Shown: positions 37,413-47,339, counted from the first letter of the stretch. The stretch is 64,000 nt of DNA from Candidatus Woesearchaeota archaeon (GCA_038891615.1 JAWADY010000002.1:96001-160000), one strand, 5' to 3'. The notes: generated by a model not told the origin, from the letters alone. Numbers and translations: made by a program.

Positions 37413-38366
37413 ATGGCGGCTGAACCCTTTCTTCTAAACATAACTGTGCTTCTTGCAAGCCTCTTTCTACTTTTCAAGGCTGCAGACCTAATTGTTTATG
37501 GCATTAGCGATTACGCAAGAAGGCTAGGTCTCTCAGATTACATAATCGGGCTTATTGTTGTTGCGTTTTCACTCTCGGCTCCAGAGCTCATCTCTTCACT
37601 TTTCGGCTTTATGCTTGGCAAGACTGAGCTTTTTCTTGGGATAATTCTTGGTGCAAACATGGTTCATTTTGCACTTTCAATCGGGCTTCTGTTGGTTGTT
37701 GGAAAGAAGCTTAGGTTTGACAATCCGATTCTTGGCAAACAAAAGCTTTTTGCGTGGCTACTGCTCATGCTACCATTTCTTCTTATGATAGATGGTGAGC
37801 TGTCAAGGTTTAATGGTGCAATCCTTCTTGCAGCTTTTTTTGTTTATCTTGGTGTGCTATGGATACAAGAGGGTAGGCTTGGTAAGTTGAAGAAAAGGAT
37901 AGCACTTAGGACAATCTGGCGTGATGCGATAATCTTTCTCGGAAGCCTTGTTGCACTCCTTCTTGCAGGAAGATGGCTTGTCTTCAGCACAATCAATCTT
38001 TCAGCCATTACAGGAATAACTCCTTATCTTCTTTCTGTTACCATTATGGGCATTGCAACAACAATCCCTGATTTCGTTGTCCAACTTCGTTCAATCATCA
38101 AAGGTCATACTGATATTGGCATTGGTGATGCCATTGGAAGCGCCATTATAGAGTTGGTGCTTTTTTTTGGCTTGGTTGCGCTCATAAAGCCTTTTAAAAT
38201 CGCTTTTGCCGAGATTGGTACAACCCTTCTATTCCTTGCACTTTCTATCAGCACAATCTTTCTCCTCACGAACAAGAAAGAAGGAACCTGGAAGCATGGC
38301 ATTCTTCTCATCGCGCTCTATGTTCTTTTTGTCCTCATCGAGCTTGCCAAGATTCAAGTGCTCTAA
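37413..38366 (+). CDS. Na+/Ca2+ antiporter family (YrbG/CaCA) protein
   Basis: Two alpha-repeats (GLIVVAFSLSAPE…GAN; MGIATTIPD…GDAIGS). About 10 TM. Confidence 0.88.
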   Translation: MAAEPFLLNITVLLASLFLLFKAADLIVYGISDYARRLGLSDYIIGLIVVAFSLSAPELISSLFGFMLGKTELFLGIILGANMVHFALSIGLLLVVGKKLRFDNPILGKQKLFAWLLLMLPFLLMIDGELSRFNGAILLAAFFVYLGVLWIQEGRLGKLKKRIALRTIWRDAIIFLGSLVALLLAGRWLVFSTINLSAITGITPYLLSVTIMGIATTIPDFVVQLRSIIKGHTDIGIGDAIGSAIIELVLFFGLVALIKPFKIAFAEIGTTLLFLALSISTIFLLTNKKEGTWKHGILLIALYVLFVLIELAKIQVL

Positions 38367-38378
38367 GGAGTAAACAAA

Positions 38379-39365
38379 CTAACTACCATGAATCCATACA
38401 TGTGCAAGAAGTGGAAAGACAAGAGTTGCTTCTGCATCGATTGCAACAGAATTTTTAGAACTTTTTAGTTTGTTCCAGCTCACCGCTTCCTTTGGCTTTG
38501 CTCCTGAAAGACTGCCATCATACTCATTACCCGTACTTATATAGATTGCATAGTCAAGGCCATCTCGCAGGATTGCAGCACCAATTAAGTGATGCTTAGC
38601 AATTCCCCCTCCTAAAATAACCGCGCCGATCCTCTTTGGCTCAAGAATAAGTTTGTAGAACTTTGTTAGGTCTGCTGCGGCATCAATGATGAGCTTTTCA
38701 TCAGCATGTCTTTTTTCGTTAAAGATAAAAAAATGGTCTCCGAGCGCGCCATCGACAAAGCCTGGGCAGAAAATCGGAACTTCGTTTTTTGCAGCCCAAT
38801 AAAGCACAGACCTTTTGTCACTTAATTTTTTTCCAATCTCTGCTATGTATTCGCTTGGCACAATCGTCCTGCTCTTAAGGCAAAAGTCTTTCAGAAAGTC
38901 ATTGTGCCATTTTTCAAGCGCTATGTAACTTTCATCGGATACAAATATGTTTCCTATTCTATTAAGCTTGTTTGCCTTTACTTCGTTGTCATCCACATCA
39001 AAACTTCCTAGCAGGAATGGTGATAAGGTCTTTATGACATCCTCTTCGACAAATGCAGTTGTTGCAACAATTCCCTTAACAAGCTTTAGCTTTACAAGCT
39101 GTGCAACAATCTCCCGCAGGCCAGAGCTTATGATGTTTGCGCTGCATGAAAGAAAGATGGATGCCTCTTCTTTTTTCATCCTTTCAAGAAGTTCTGCTGC
39201 CCTGCCCAGTTGACTTGCCTGAAATCCAAGATTTTTATATCTCTTAACAAGCGAGGTAACATCTAATCCTTTCTCGAGCTCAAAACCTGTTATTTTCTCA
39301 AGGCTGCCAGCATCAATGCTGTTCTCGCTTCTTCTTCTCCTAAATAAGCGATTTTCTATCTCCAC
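38379..39365 (-). CDS. dys: Deoxyhypusine synthase
   Basis: GFQAS, ANIISSGLR, NRIGN, GGGIAKHH and YDGSLSGAKPKEAVSWNK (catalytic Lys retained). Confidence 0.94.
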   Translation of the reverse strand: MEIENRLFRRRRSENSIDAGSLEKITGFELEKGLDVTSLVKRYKNLGFQASQLGRAAELLERMKKEEASIFLSCSANIISSGLREIVAQLVKLKLVKGIVATTAFVEEDVIKTLSPFLLGSFDVDDNEVKANKLNRIGNIFVSDESYIALEKWHNDFLKDFCLKSRTIVPSEYIAEIGKKLSDKRSVLYWAAKNEVPIFCPGFVDGALGDHFFIFNEKRHADEKLIIDAAADLTKFYKLILEPKRIGAVILGGGIAKHHLIGAAILRDGLDYAIYISTGNEYDGSLSGAKPKEAVSWNKLKSSKNSVAIDAEATLVFPLLAHVWIHGS

Positions 39366-39415
39366 CCTATTTTATCAGCAAGAAAGGGATTTTTAAAGCT
39401 TTTCCAACTAGCTGT

Positions 39416-42400
39416 TTATTGCCCGCACCCGCCTACCCTTTCACCGCAATTTTCACACTCATAGCAATTCGAAGAAACCTGTCTTAGTAGGGCTCCACAA
39501 ATCCTACAAGAGACTCCTTTAGTGTTTGTGCCATTATACTTTTTGCTTTGCTTCGAAGCAGGTTTTTCTTGAGAAGGCTGGATAAAGCCTCCAACTTCTG
39601 GATCATTTAGCACAAACTGGATATCCCAATCCCAATCAGCAATTGACATTTTTCTGTAAGTCCTGAATGCTCCGTTTTTGAATCCTCGAAGTTCCTCAAC
39701 TTTTACATCCTCAGGATTCGTAGCGAACTCTTTCTTGCCAAGGTACTCCAGCAGCAAAAGCTTTGCTGCAAAATCCAATGGCGAGGTCGCGGTCTTGATA
39801 TAGGCATGTCCAGAAACAATTCCATGTGGTTCAAATTTGTGACCCAACCATCCATCGAGAGCCTCTTCCAAACTAACACCACGCTTTAATGCCTTTGAGA
39901 TTGTTATGCCATTTATAGAGAGAAGTGTTGGAACCTCATGCCCAGACTTGTAGGAAAGCAGAACAATCTGCCCTGGCCTGCCATCCGGATATTCTCTAAC
40001 ATTGACATGAAAAGGCACACCACCAATCTTTACTTCCCATTCATGAGCCACACTATCTGAAGGTAAATCTTCCTTTTCCCCTCGCTTTAACTCTACATAA
40101 CTTTTGTTTCCAAAGTTAAGGGGACTTATTGGTTTGCTGTTGTTTCTAAAGATTGCAAGTGCTTTTAATCCAAGCTTGTAACCAAGGATATAGCCATCAT
40201 AGATTTCTTTCACCGTTGCGGTCTCGGGTAGGTTGTTTGTCTTTGATATTGCGCCTGAAATAAATTTCTGTACTGCGCCAACCATTCGAACATGCCCTTC
40301 AAAACTTATCGCACCTTCGCCCTTCTCATTGCCAAAGGCAGTTGCAAAAACTCCATAATGGCTTGGACTGAGATGCGGCGCTCCAATCACTGTGTTCCTT
40401 TCCTTTATGTAGTTAGAAATGTCTGTTATTTGGGATTGGCTATAACCAAGATTCGTGAGTGCGTTTAAAACCTCTCTGTTTACAATGACCACAGTTCCTC
40501 CGCCAGCAAGGTCTTTTTGTATTCTTAGCGCAATCGCAGGCTCTATACCTGTTGTATCACAATCCATTAAGTAAGATATTGTTCCTGTTGGTGCCAAGAC
40601 TGTTACTTGAGCGTTTCTGAAGCCGTACTCCTCTCCTTTCTTAACAACCTTTTCCCACGTATCATATACAGCACTCTTCAAAGCTTTCTCTTCAGAAATC
40701 TCATCCCAAGCTATGTCATCCAGGTACTTGGCGTGTCTTTTTAAAACCTCAAGCATTGGCTTTTTGTTGAACTCGTAGTGAACAAAGCTCCCAAGCTCTT
40801 TTGCCATCTCTGCAGACATCTCATACGCGCTTCCAGTCATCAAAGCAGCAATCGCAGCAGCAAAAGCCCTTCCCTTTTCTGAGTCGTATGGTATTCCTTT
40901 TCTCATCAAAAGCGCGCCAAGGTTTGCATATCCAATCCCAATAGTCCTAAACTCTGGACTTGTCTCTGCAATGTCCCGTATGGGGTAAGAAGCTGCATCA
41001 TTTATTATATCGAGTGCTATTGCTATTAGCTTGTTTGCCCTCTTAAACTTTTCAACATCAAAATTTCCCTTTTCGTCAGCAAATGCAAGAAGGTTTGTTG
41101 AAGCAAGATTGCAAGAGGTGTCATTCAGAAACATATATTCGGAACAGGGATTGCTTGAGTTTATCCTTCCTGAGTTCTTGCATGTGTGCATCCTCTGTAT
41201 TTCAGTTTCATACTGCACGCCAGGATCTCCAACCCTCCAGCTTCCAAAAGCAATTGCTTTGAGTAGGTAATCTGCAGGAATTTTTTCAACAACCTTGCCA
41301 TCTGTTACCCTTTTGAGTTCTATTTCCTCGCCTCTCTCTAGCTTTTTAAAGAATTCCTCATCGAGCCTTATCGATATGTTTGTATTTTGAAAAGCTACCG
41401 TCGTATAAGCTTCTCCATCCATGCCAGGAGAATAGCCATTTTTCATCAAAACTAATGCCTTTTTATCTTCCAATGTTTTGCACATAATAAACTTCATAAC
41501 ATCTGGATGGTTATATCTTATTGTTGTCATCCTTGCAGCTCTTCTTGATTTTCCTCCAGACTTTATTGTACCTGCACAATTGTCATATATCTTAAAGAAA
41601 GAAAGAGGTCCTGAGGCACTCCCCCCTCCTGACAGTGGCTCTCCCTCTGCCCGTATGTTGCTAAGGTCCTGTCCTATGCCTGAGCCTGCAGAAAAAATTG
41701 CTCCCTCATCTCGCACATGCTGCATAAGGCTCTCTAAGTCATCCCGTGGCCCTTTTATGAAACATGCATGACATTGCGGTCTCAAGTATTCCCCCTCAAC
41801 TATCTCAACAACATTTCCATTTATTGGGTTGCGCCAGAAGCTCTTCCCCCCGCTTCCCTTTATTCCATACTCAGTGTAAAGTCCTGCGTTGAATTGCACA
41901 GGAGAATTGAAGGCGAACATCCTATGAAGTTGCATCCATTTTAGTTCTTCCGCAAATGCTTTCTTGTCCTCTTCGCTCTTAAAATAACCGAACTCAAATC
42001 CAGCTTCTGCTATGAAATTTGTAACCCTATTTATTAAGTGCTTTAGTGAAAACTCGTAATCTCTGACTTTTAGTTTTTCCTTAATTTTCTCTTTCCACAG
42101 CTCATTTTTTGGTTTGAAGAAATACTTTTGAGCAACTATTGCGGCAGCCACGTCGCTCCAGCCCTTTGGAAATTCTGCATCCATTGAAAAAATGACCTTG
42201 CCAGAGGAATCTTTAATCTCAAGCTTTTTGATTTCGTATTCCACAGTGTCAAATGGATCTTTTTTACCATCCGTAAAATAACGTTCTATTTTCAATCCAG
42301 CCATATTGGCTTTTTGCGCATAAACCCTTCCAATATCGAGCCTGTCAAGAAATTTTTCTCCTTTGAATTCGTACACCTTCAGAAGACCTTGCTCTATGGC

Positions 42401-42589
42401 ATTTTTGAGCTTTTCCACCTCTAGCCCTGCTTCTGATACAAGACTATGCGCATTATCCATACTTATATGCCTCTCCCTGTCATAGCAGCTGAGGGCAGTC
42501 TTTGTGTAACTTGAAAGAAGAACGCTTTCAAGCCCATCCTTGCCTTTCATTACATCGGCAAACCCTACAACACTGTTAGTGTTTTCCAA
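39416..42589 (-). CDS. nrdJ: Class II (B12-dependent) ribonucleotide reductase with TSCPD domain and C-terminal Zn ribbon
   Basis: FNSP, QCHACFI, SGGKSRRAA, SNPCSEY (N-x-C-x-E), SCNLAS, APTGTIS, GAISKT, EYPDGRPGQI and terminal CxxC…CxxC…GC. Confidence 0.95.
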   Translation of the reverse strand: MENTNSVVGFADVMKGKDGLESVLLSSYTKTALSCYDRERHISMDNAHSLVSEAGLEVEKLKNAIEQGLLKVYEFKGEKFLDRLDIGRVYAQKANMAGLKIERYFTDGKKDPFDTVEYEIKKLEIKDSSGKVIFSMDAEFPKGWSDVAAAIVAQKYFFKPKNELWKEKIKEKLKVRDYEFSLKHLINRVTNFIAEAGFEFGYFKSEEDKKAFAEELKWMQLHRMFAFNSPVQFNAGLYTEYGIKGSGGKSFWRNPINGNVVEIVEGEYLRPQCHACFIKGPRDDLESLMQHVRDEGAIFSAGSGIGQDLSNIRAEGEPLSGGGSASGPLSFFKIYDNCAGTIKSGGKSRRAARMTTIRYNHPDVMKFIMCKTLEDKKALVLMKNGYSPGMDGEAYTTVAFQNTNISIRLDEEFFKKLERGEEIELKRVTDGKVVEKIPADYLLKAIAFGSWRVGDPGVQYETEIQRMHTCKNSGRINSSNPCSEYMFLNDTSCNLASTNLLAFADEKGNFDVEKFKRANKLIAIALDIINDAASYPIRDIAETSPEFRTIGIGYANLGALLMRKGIPYDSEKGRAFAAAIAALMTGSAYEMSAEMAKELGSFVHYEFNKKPMLEVLKRHAKYLDDIAWDEISEEKALKSAVYDTWEKVVKKGEEYGFRNAQVTVLAPTGTISYLMDCDTTGIEPAIALRIQKDLAGGGTVVIVNREVLNALTNLGYSQSQITDISNYIKERNTVIGAPHLSPSHYGVFATAFGNEKGEGAISFEGHVRMVGAVQKFISGAISKTNNLPETATVKEIYDGYILGYKLGLKALAIFRNNSKPISPLNFGNKSYVELKRGEKEDLPSDSVAHEWEVKIGGVPFHVNVREYPDGRPGQIVLLSYKSGHEVPTLLSINGITISKALKRGVSLEEALDGWLGHKFEPHGIVSGHAYIKTATSPLDFAAKLLLLEYLGKKEFATNPEDVKVEELRGFKNGAFRTYRKMSIADWDWDIQFVLNDPEVGGFIQPSQEKPASKQSKKYNGTNTKGVSCRICGALLRQVSSNCYECENCGERVGGCGQ

Positions 42590-42822
42590 TTTTCATCAAC
42601 CCAACTTCAGCCCAAGTCCTAAGCGCTGTCCTTAAATCAGTGGTTTTTGAGCTCATGCAGCGCATTTTTTGCAACCCAAAGCGATTTTCCAACTTTATAA
42701 GAATTGTTATTCTTTGGAATGTATTCTGCAAAAATTATTTTGTCATTAAGTGGTGTTGGTCAAACAAACCTTTGACGAATGCAACCACAACATTTTAAAA
42801 CTGCTCATGCAAGCCACATCTC

Positions 42823-43620
42823 ATGCAGCTTGTTGATGTTCATTGTCATCTTGACAGCGAGCGCCTCAAACCAGACCTTGAAGGTGTACTTGCAAGGGCA
42901 AAGGCATCAGGAATCAAGGTCATTCTGAGCTCAGGAGTTAATCCGCCAAGCAATCGTGCTGTTCTAGAACTTGCAAAAAAGCACGAGCTCATAAGGGCTT
43001 CTTTCGGAATCTATCCTCTAGACGCTCTTGGCATACAGCCTGAAGGAATTGAAACTTACCTTCCTCGGCAGATTGTGCCAATCGATGTTGATGCCGAACT
43101 CGAATGGATTTTCCAGCACAAGGATGAGACTGCTGCTATTGGTGAAGTTGGGCTTGACTACAAATGGGTAAAGGATGCCGAGCTTCAAGCGCGCGAGCGT
43201 GAAAACTTTAAAAAAATAATTGCAGCTGTTGAGAAACTAAAGAAGCCAATGATTGTTCATTCTAGACAAGCTGAGCTCGACTGCATTGAGATGCTTGAGT
43301 CAAGCACACTCAAAAAGATTATCTTTCATTCCTTCACTGGCAGAAAGCATCTTGTTGCAAGGATAGCAGACAATGGCTGGTTTTTTTCGATTCCTGTCAT
43401 TGTGATTAAGCTGCAACAGTTTCAGGACATTGTAAAAAATGTGCCGTTTGAACAGATTCTTACAGAAACAGATGCACCTTGGCTTGGTCCAGAGCTTGGA
43501 AAGCCAAACGAACCTGCAAACATCGTTCTATCTATTAAAAAGATTGCAGAGCTAAAAGGACTAACCCCAGAAGAAACAGCTAATTTGATATATATGAATT
43601 ATCAGAGGATATTTGAATGA
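42823..43620 (+). CDS. tatD: TatD family DNase/hydrolase
   Basis: DVHCHL, AIGEVGLDY, VHSR, FHSF and ETDAPWL. Confidence 0.93.
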   Translation: MQLVDVHCHLDSERLKPDLEGVLARAKASGIKVILSSGVNPPSNRAVLELAKKHELIRASFGIYPLDALGIQPEGIETYLPRQIVPIDVDAELEWIFQHKDETAAIGEVGLDYKWVKDAELQARERENFKKIIAAVEKLKKPMIVHSRQAELDCIEMLESSTLKKIIFHSFTGRKHLVARIADNGWFFSIPVIVIKLQQFQDIVKNVPFEQILTETDAPWLGPELGKPNEPANIVLSIKKIAELKGLTPEETANLIYMNYQRIFE

Positions 43621-43631
43621 GCCTTTTGTTT

Positions 43632-44093
43632 TTAACCAAGTTCTGCCAGAATCTCTCTGGCATGTCCCTTTGGCTTCACATCAGTCCATATTTTTGCAAT
43701 TCTTCCCTGCTCATTGATTAGAAATGTTGTTCTTCTTATTCCCATAAAACTTTTTCCCATGAAACTTTTCTTTCTCCACACACCATATAGCCTGCAGACC
43801 TTTTTTTCAGGGTCTGAAAGAAGTGGAAAGTTAAGTTTGTACTTTTTAGCAAACTTTCTGTGAAGTTCAGGGCTGTCAGCACTTACGCCAAGGACAGCAG
43901 CTCCTTTCTTTTTTATTGCCTCACTGGCGTCTCTAAACTCACAGGCTTCAATTGTACATCCTGGCGTCAGGTCCTTTGGATAAAAATAAAGCACGACCTT
44001 TCTACCTTTAAAGTCTGACAACCTGAATGTCCTGTTCTCAGCATCTTTTAACTCAAAATCCGGTGCCTTCTGACCTTCCTTTGGCGATGTCAT
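43632..44093 (-). CDS. bcp: Bcp/PrxQ peroxiredoxin
   Basis: YFYPKDLTPGCTIEAC, FPLLSD and RTTFLI. Confidence 0.95.
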   Translation of the reverse strand: MTSPKEGQKAPDFELKDAENRTFRLSDFKGRKVVLYFYPKDLTPGCTIEACEFRDASEAIKKKGAAVLGVSADSPELHRKFAKKYKLNFPLLSDPEKKVCRLYGVWRKKSFMGKSFMGIRRTTFLINEQGRIAKIWTDVKPKGHAREILAELG

Positions 44094-44393
44094 TTAAATC
44101 AGTTGCTCCCCTGTCTCAAGGTCTATTATGTGGATTACATTAACAGGGCACGCCTCTGCAGCTTCCTTTGCGCGTTTAAACTCCTCTTCAGTTATCTCTT
44201 TTTCAAACACCATCCTGTCCTTAACAGCCTTTCCTCCTTTGAGTTCTGCCTTTCCATCAGAAGCCATTTCAAAATCATCAGGATCAACTGCAGCGCACGC
44301 GGCAGCCCCAATACAGTTTTCTCTGTCGTAAACTATTTTGTAGCGCTTTTTTCCTCCTTCCTTTAAGTTGACGACAACAAAACGTTCAATCAT
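44094..44393 (-). CDS. Ferredoxin, monocluster (probably 3Fe-4S)
   Basis: CIGAAAC…ACPVNVI. The second Cys of CxxCxxC is replaced by Ala. Confidence 0.85.
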   Translation of the reverse strand: MIERFVVVNLKEGGKKRYKIVYDRENCIGAAACAAVDPDDFEMASDGKAELKGGKAVKDRMVFEKEITEEEFKRAKEAAEACPVNVIHIIDLETGEQLI

Positions 44394-44394
44394 T

Positions 44395-44526
44395 TTAAGT
44401 TTCTCCATAAAAGCTTTGCCAACTAGCCCCACACTTTGGACATCGAAGGGGTGGATAAGAAAGCTTGATGTTCCAGCCGCACTTTGAGCATACCCACTTG
44501 AGGAACTTTTTGAGCTTTTCTGGCAC
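44395..44526 (-). CDS. Rubredoxin-like/Zn-ribbon mini-protein (43 aa, GTG start)
   Basis: WVCSKCGW…PPLRCPKCGASWQSF, typical of rubrerythrin-type rubredoxin domains. Confidence 0.65.
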   Translation of the reverse strand: MPEKLKKFLKWVCSKCGWNIKLSYPPLRCPKCGASWQSFYGET

Positions 44527-44718
44527 ATTGCTAGGTTTGATGACTCTTTTTTTCACTTGCATCTTGTGCCAGGCTTCTTTTGTTATCATCAAAATCAATG
44601 CCTTTCGCGTACTATAAAAATTTTTGCTCAACAAAAGGTTTTTTAAGTCGCTTTGTAACAAATATGGAGTTTGTTGTGAAAGTCGTCAAGCGTGGTTGTT
44701 CACTGTAGTATAATCCGA

Positions 44719-44791
44719 GGGCCTGTGGTCTAGTGGCTATGACACTGCTCTCACACGGCAGAGGTCGGGAGTTCGAGTCTCCCCGGGCCCA
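44719..44791 (+). tRNA. tRNA-Val(CAC)
   Basis: GGGCCTG/CGGGCCC acceptor, CTGCT-CTCACAC-GGCAG anticodon arm, GTTCGAGT T-loop. Confidence 0.95.
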
Positions 44792-44805
44792 TTGCTTTTC
44801 AAAAA

Positions 44806-45711
44806 TCATTTTGAAAAATAGCCAAATATTCGTTTTATCAAGAAATAGCTACTCTTTGAGAATTGCCTTTTTTGCAATTCTTTCTTATTTTCCTTGATAT
44901 CTATCCACTTTTTTTCTTGAACTTTTTGTTTGAGTTGGTCGTACCACTCAGATGGATAAATTTGAAGCTTGGATTCTAAGGACTGCTCATAGCTTTTACC
45001 ATTGTTCTTTTCCATGCCTTTTAGTGCTTCGTAATGTAGCAGTGCTGCAACTGCATCTTTAGTTCGTTCAACCAACAATGGCCATCTTCTTTCAAATTCT
45101 TCCCTTATTTCGCGATCGCAAAGATACTGCTTTGAGATTGTGTATGCAAGCCAGAAAGGACTTTTTACTTCCAATTTTCCGTTTTTCACGAATAGCTTTT
45201 CAAACTCATTCCAGTTGCGGACTGTTTCAAGCTTTTTTGCATACTCTTCAAAGCCTGGGTCGTACTCAGGCCTGTTTATGACGATGTCCGCAGCAAACCA
45301 TGGTTCGTGAATTGCCGCAACTTTGCTCTTCGCTGCAGAAGAATCTAACATATCAAGAAGTGATACGCTTTTTATCAAAGCGTATTCCCTTAGGTTCTCA
45401 CAAAGACATGGATAAAAAAGGCTGATGTCTTCAAGAAAAGCCGTTGCCGCATTTAGAAAGTTATCAAGAGACTCAAGATAATTGCTATTTTCGATTACCT
45501 CTTTTATAAAAATAATCTCTTTTAAAAGTTTTAGTTCATCCGAAACAAGGCTAGAATACTTTTCCGACCTTTTAGCATCTAAATAGCTTAAAACAGAGCT
45601 TATGTGACTAACTATGCCTTCACTCACTTTTCTCACCCTCTGCTTAAATTGTTTGTAAAGAAAAGGTCCAAAAAGAACCTTCTTTTTATACCTTTCGTTT
45701 TCAAAAATCAC
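44806..45711 (-). CDS. Hypothetical protein
   Basis: 301-aa ORF whose start overlaps the nreA stop. No recognised motifs. Confidence 0.7.
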   Translation of the reverse strand: MIFENERYKKKVLFGPFLYKQFKQRVRKVSEGIVSHISSVLSYLDAKRSEKYSSLVSDELKLLKEIIFIKEVIENSNYLESLDNFLNAATAFLEDISLFYPCLCENLREYALIKSVSLLDMLDSSAAKSKVAAIHEPWFAADIVINRPEYDPGFEEYAKKLETVRNWNEFEKLFVKNGKLEVKSPFWLAYTISKQYLCDREIREEFERRWPLLVERTKDAVAALLHYEALKGMEKNNGKSYEQSLESKLQIYPSEWYDQLKQKVQEKKWIDIKENKKELQKRQFSKSSYFLIKRIFGYFSK

Positions 45712-46849
45712 ATAAGGTTTTCTGAAAACTAGTGCTGTTTATAAGTTTCATCTCGGCTTTGTGTTTGGCAATCCCAAGCTTAAGTCTGGTGTTAAGGTAT
45801 TGCAAAGCCTCTTTCATTGTCTTAAAAGTTTTGGCATCTTGCCTAAGAGCTTGCTTTGTCAGTTCTCTGCAAAGCCATACACCTGTTGGTATGTACCCTT
45901 CGTAGACCTCTCGGAAAACAAAAGCCCCTGCTTGCTCCCCTTTTTTACTCAGGTGCTCTGCAACAACATTTCGCTGTGCATAATAACAACCGCCCATTTC
46001 AGAGTAAACCTTTCTGCCAAAATGTCCTTCAAAATCGCTAAAAGTGAAGGTTTTGTTAGGAATTACGTTGATAAAAGCTTCAATCGCTTCATATTGCCAT
46101 TTTCCTGGGGTTAGCAAAACTGCAAAATAGTTGTCCATGCCATATGATTCATAAATCCTGAACTCATTGATCGGTTCTAGTTCTCTTACTTCTGCAATTG
46201 CTGCCTTTCCAAGAATATCATCTGTTGCTGTGATGGACCAACGAGTTGGCACAATCCTACGTTTTTTTCGCAGTCCAAAGGCGCCTGTTGATAAAGCTCT
46301 TTGGATTGTGGTAAACTCCAACCCTTTCCTAGCAAGCTCAACAACCGCCTCCGCAGCCCTCATGTCAGTATCATAATGTGCCTTTTCTAGGTCTTTATGC
46401 CATTTTGCATTTTCAATTTCAATGCTTTTCAACTTTCCAGAAGGACCAAATGGTTGGTGGTCTTCACTAAAAGTTATTCCACGAGGCTTGTGTTCAAACT
46501 CAGCGTTTGCAAGTAAAGACCTTTTTGATAGAGCAATTTCTTGGAGTTTCTGTATAAGTTGATTGTCAACATCAGTCGCCTTTGTCCGCTGCATGCCTCT
46601 CACAAGCTTCAGCCTAAAATTTATTATTTCATCCTTACTAAATCTGCCAACCCACTTCTCAGGCGCATCATATATTTGGCTGTCAGTTTCTTGTGTTAGC
46701 ATTGGACCTGCAAACACGTTTGGATAGCCATCTCTTCCAATAAAAACAGATGGTGGTGAACTTCCCTCAAGCCTCTCTTTGTCAAGCAGGCTTTTAAGCT
46801 TGTATTTTTGTGCGGTCAGTCTTTGCAGAAATGCCCTTTTCCCAACCAT
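45701..46849 (-). CDS. nreA: Nre family DNA repair protein (DUF650/651) with C-terminal PIP box
   Basis: GSSPPSVFIGR.GYP, VPTRWSITATDD, GGCYYA, YIPTGVW and C-terminal QKTLCDF. Confidence 0.9.
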   Translation of the reverse strand: MVGKRAFLQRLTAQKYKLKSLLDKERLEGSSPPSVFIGRDGYPNVFAGPMLTQETDSQIYDAPEKWVGRFSKDEIINFRLKLVRGMQRTKATDVDNQLIQKLQEIALSKRSLLANAEFEHKPRGITFSEDHQPFGPSGKLKSIEIENAKWHKDLEKAHYDTDMRAAEAVVELARKGLEFTTIQRALSTGAFGLRKKRRIVPTRWSITATDDILGKAAIAEVRELEPINEFRIYESYGMDNYFAVLLTPGKWQYEAIEAFINVIPNKTFTFSDFEGHFGRKVYSEMGGCYYAQRNVVAEHLSKKGEQAGAFVFREVYEGYIPTGVWLCRELTKQALRQDAKTFKTMKEALQYLNTRLKLGIAKHKAEMKLINSTSFQKTLCDF

Positions 46850-46915
46850 CGTAAAGAACATGTGCTCAAAATTTAAAAGCATTACGACTGAATGTCCAGT
46901 GCGTTGTTGGCTAAA

Positions 46916-46923
46916 TTTATAAG
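46916..46923 (+). promoter_or_regulatory. TATA box of tRNA-Pro
   Basis: TTTATAAG about 23-30 nt upstream of the tRNA 5' end. Confidence 0.6.
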
Positions 46924-46945
46924 CCCTGAAAGCTTTTGGTTAAAA

Positions 46946-47019
46946 GGGGCTGTGGGCCAACTTGGCTAAGCTTCCAGGTTCGGGACCTGGCGATCTGGGT
47001 TCAAATCCCAGCAGCCCCA
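46946..47019 (+). tRNA. tRNA-Pro(CGG)
   Basis: GGGGCTG/CAGCCCC acceptor, CCAGG-TTCGGGA-CCTGG anticodon arm, GGTTCAAATCC. Confidence 0.95.
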
Positions 47020-47087
47020 CTTTTAGCAAAAGCTCAGAAAATTATTTAAAGCAGACTTCTGATTAATCAGTTGTCAAAAGAGGTAAA

Positions 47088-47339
47088 ATGCAAATAACAA
47101 TAGACACTAATAGGGATTCTCCAGAAGACATAAAAAAGGCAATAAAAGCCTTACTCGCAATTCTTGGCAGCCCTATTTCAGAAAGCCTTTCAAAAGTTCT
47201 AGAAAGCAGCAATCCGATTGATGCTCAGCAGGAAAACATCTTTGGAAACATCTTTGGTGATGAGGCTCCTCTTTCAGCTTCAGGAGAAGAGGTTAAGGCT
47301 ACTGGAGTTAATGGCGAATCAAAGGTTGAGGTGTACTAA
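47088..47339 (+). CDS. Small acidic hypothetical protein
   Basis: MQITIDT…DS…DIKKAI N-terminus. GAGGT SD. TAATG overlap with the next gene. Confidence 0.75.
   Translation: MQITIDTNRDSPEDIKKAIKALLAILGSPISESLSKVLESSNPIDAQQENIFGNIFGDEAPLSASGEEVKATGVNGESKVEVY

Noticed and set aside
37301-37477. Long N-terminal extension of the 36884 ORF
   Set aside because: It overlaps the divergent antiporter gene and its promoter region. ATG 37300 follows a TTTAAATA box.
39416-42589. Possible intein in NrdJ (also considered for RtcB, Cdc6 and CDC48)
   Set aside because: Motif spacing is normal, with no C…HN-C/S/T junctions or LAGLIDADG motifs. The extra length is due to terminal domains.
42590-42822. Possible cobalamin riboswitch or NrdR boxes upstream of nrdJ
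   Set aside because: No B12-box or NrdR palindrome recognisable by eye. An Rfam scan would be needed to exclude it fully.
44612-44809. 65-aa ORF (WARGDSNSRPLPCES…)
   Set aside because: Typical antisense translation of a tRNA gene (tRNA-Val).
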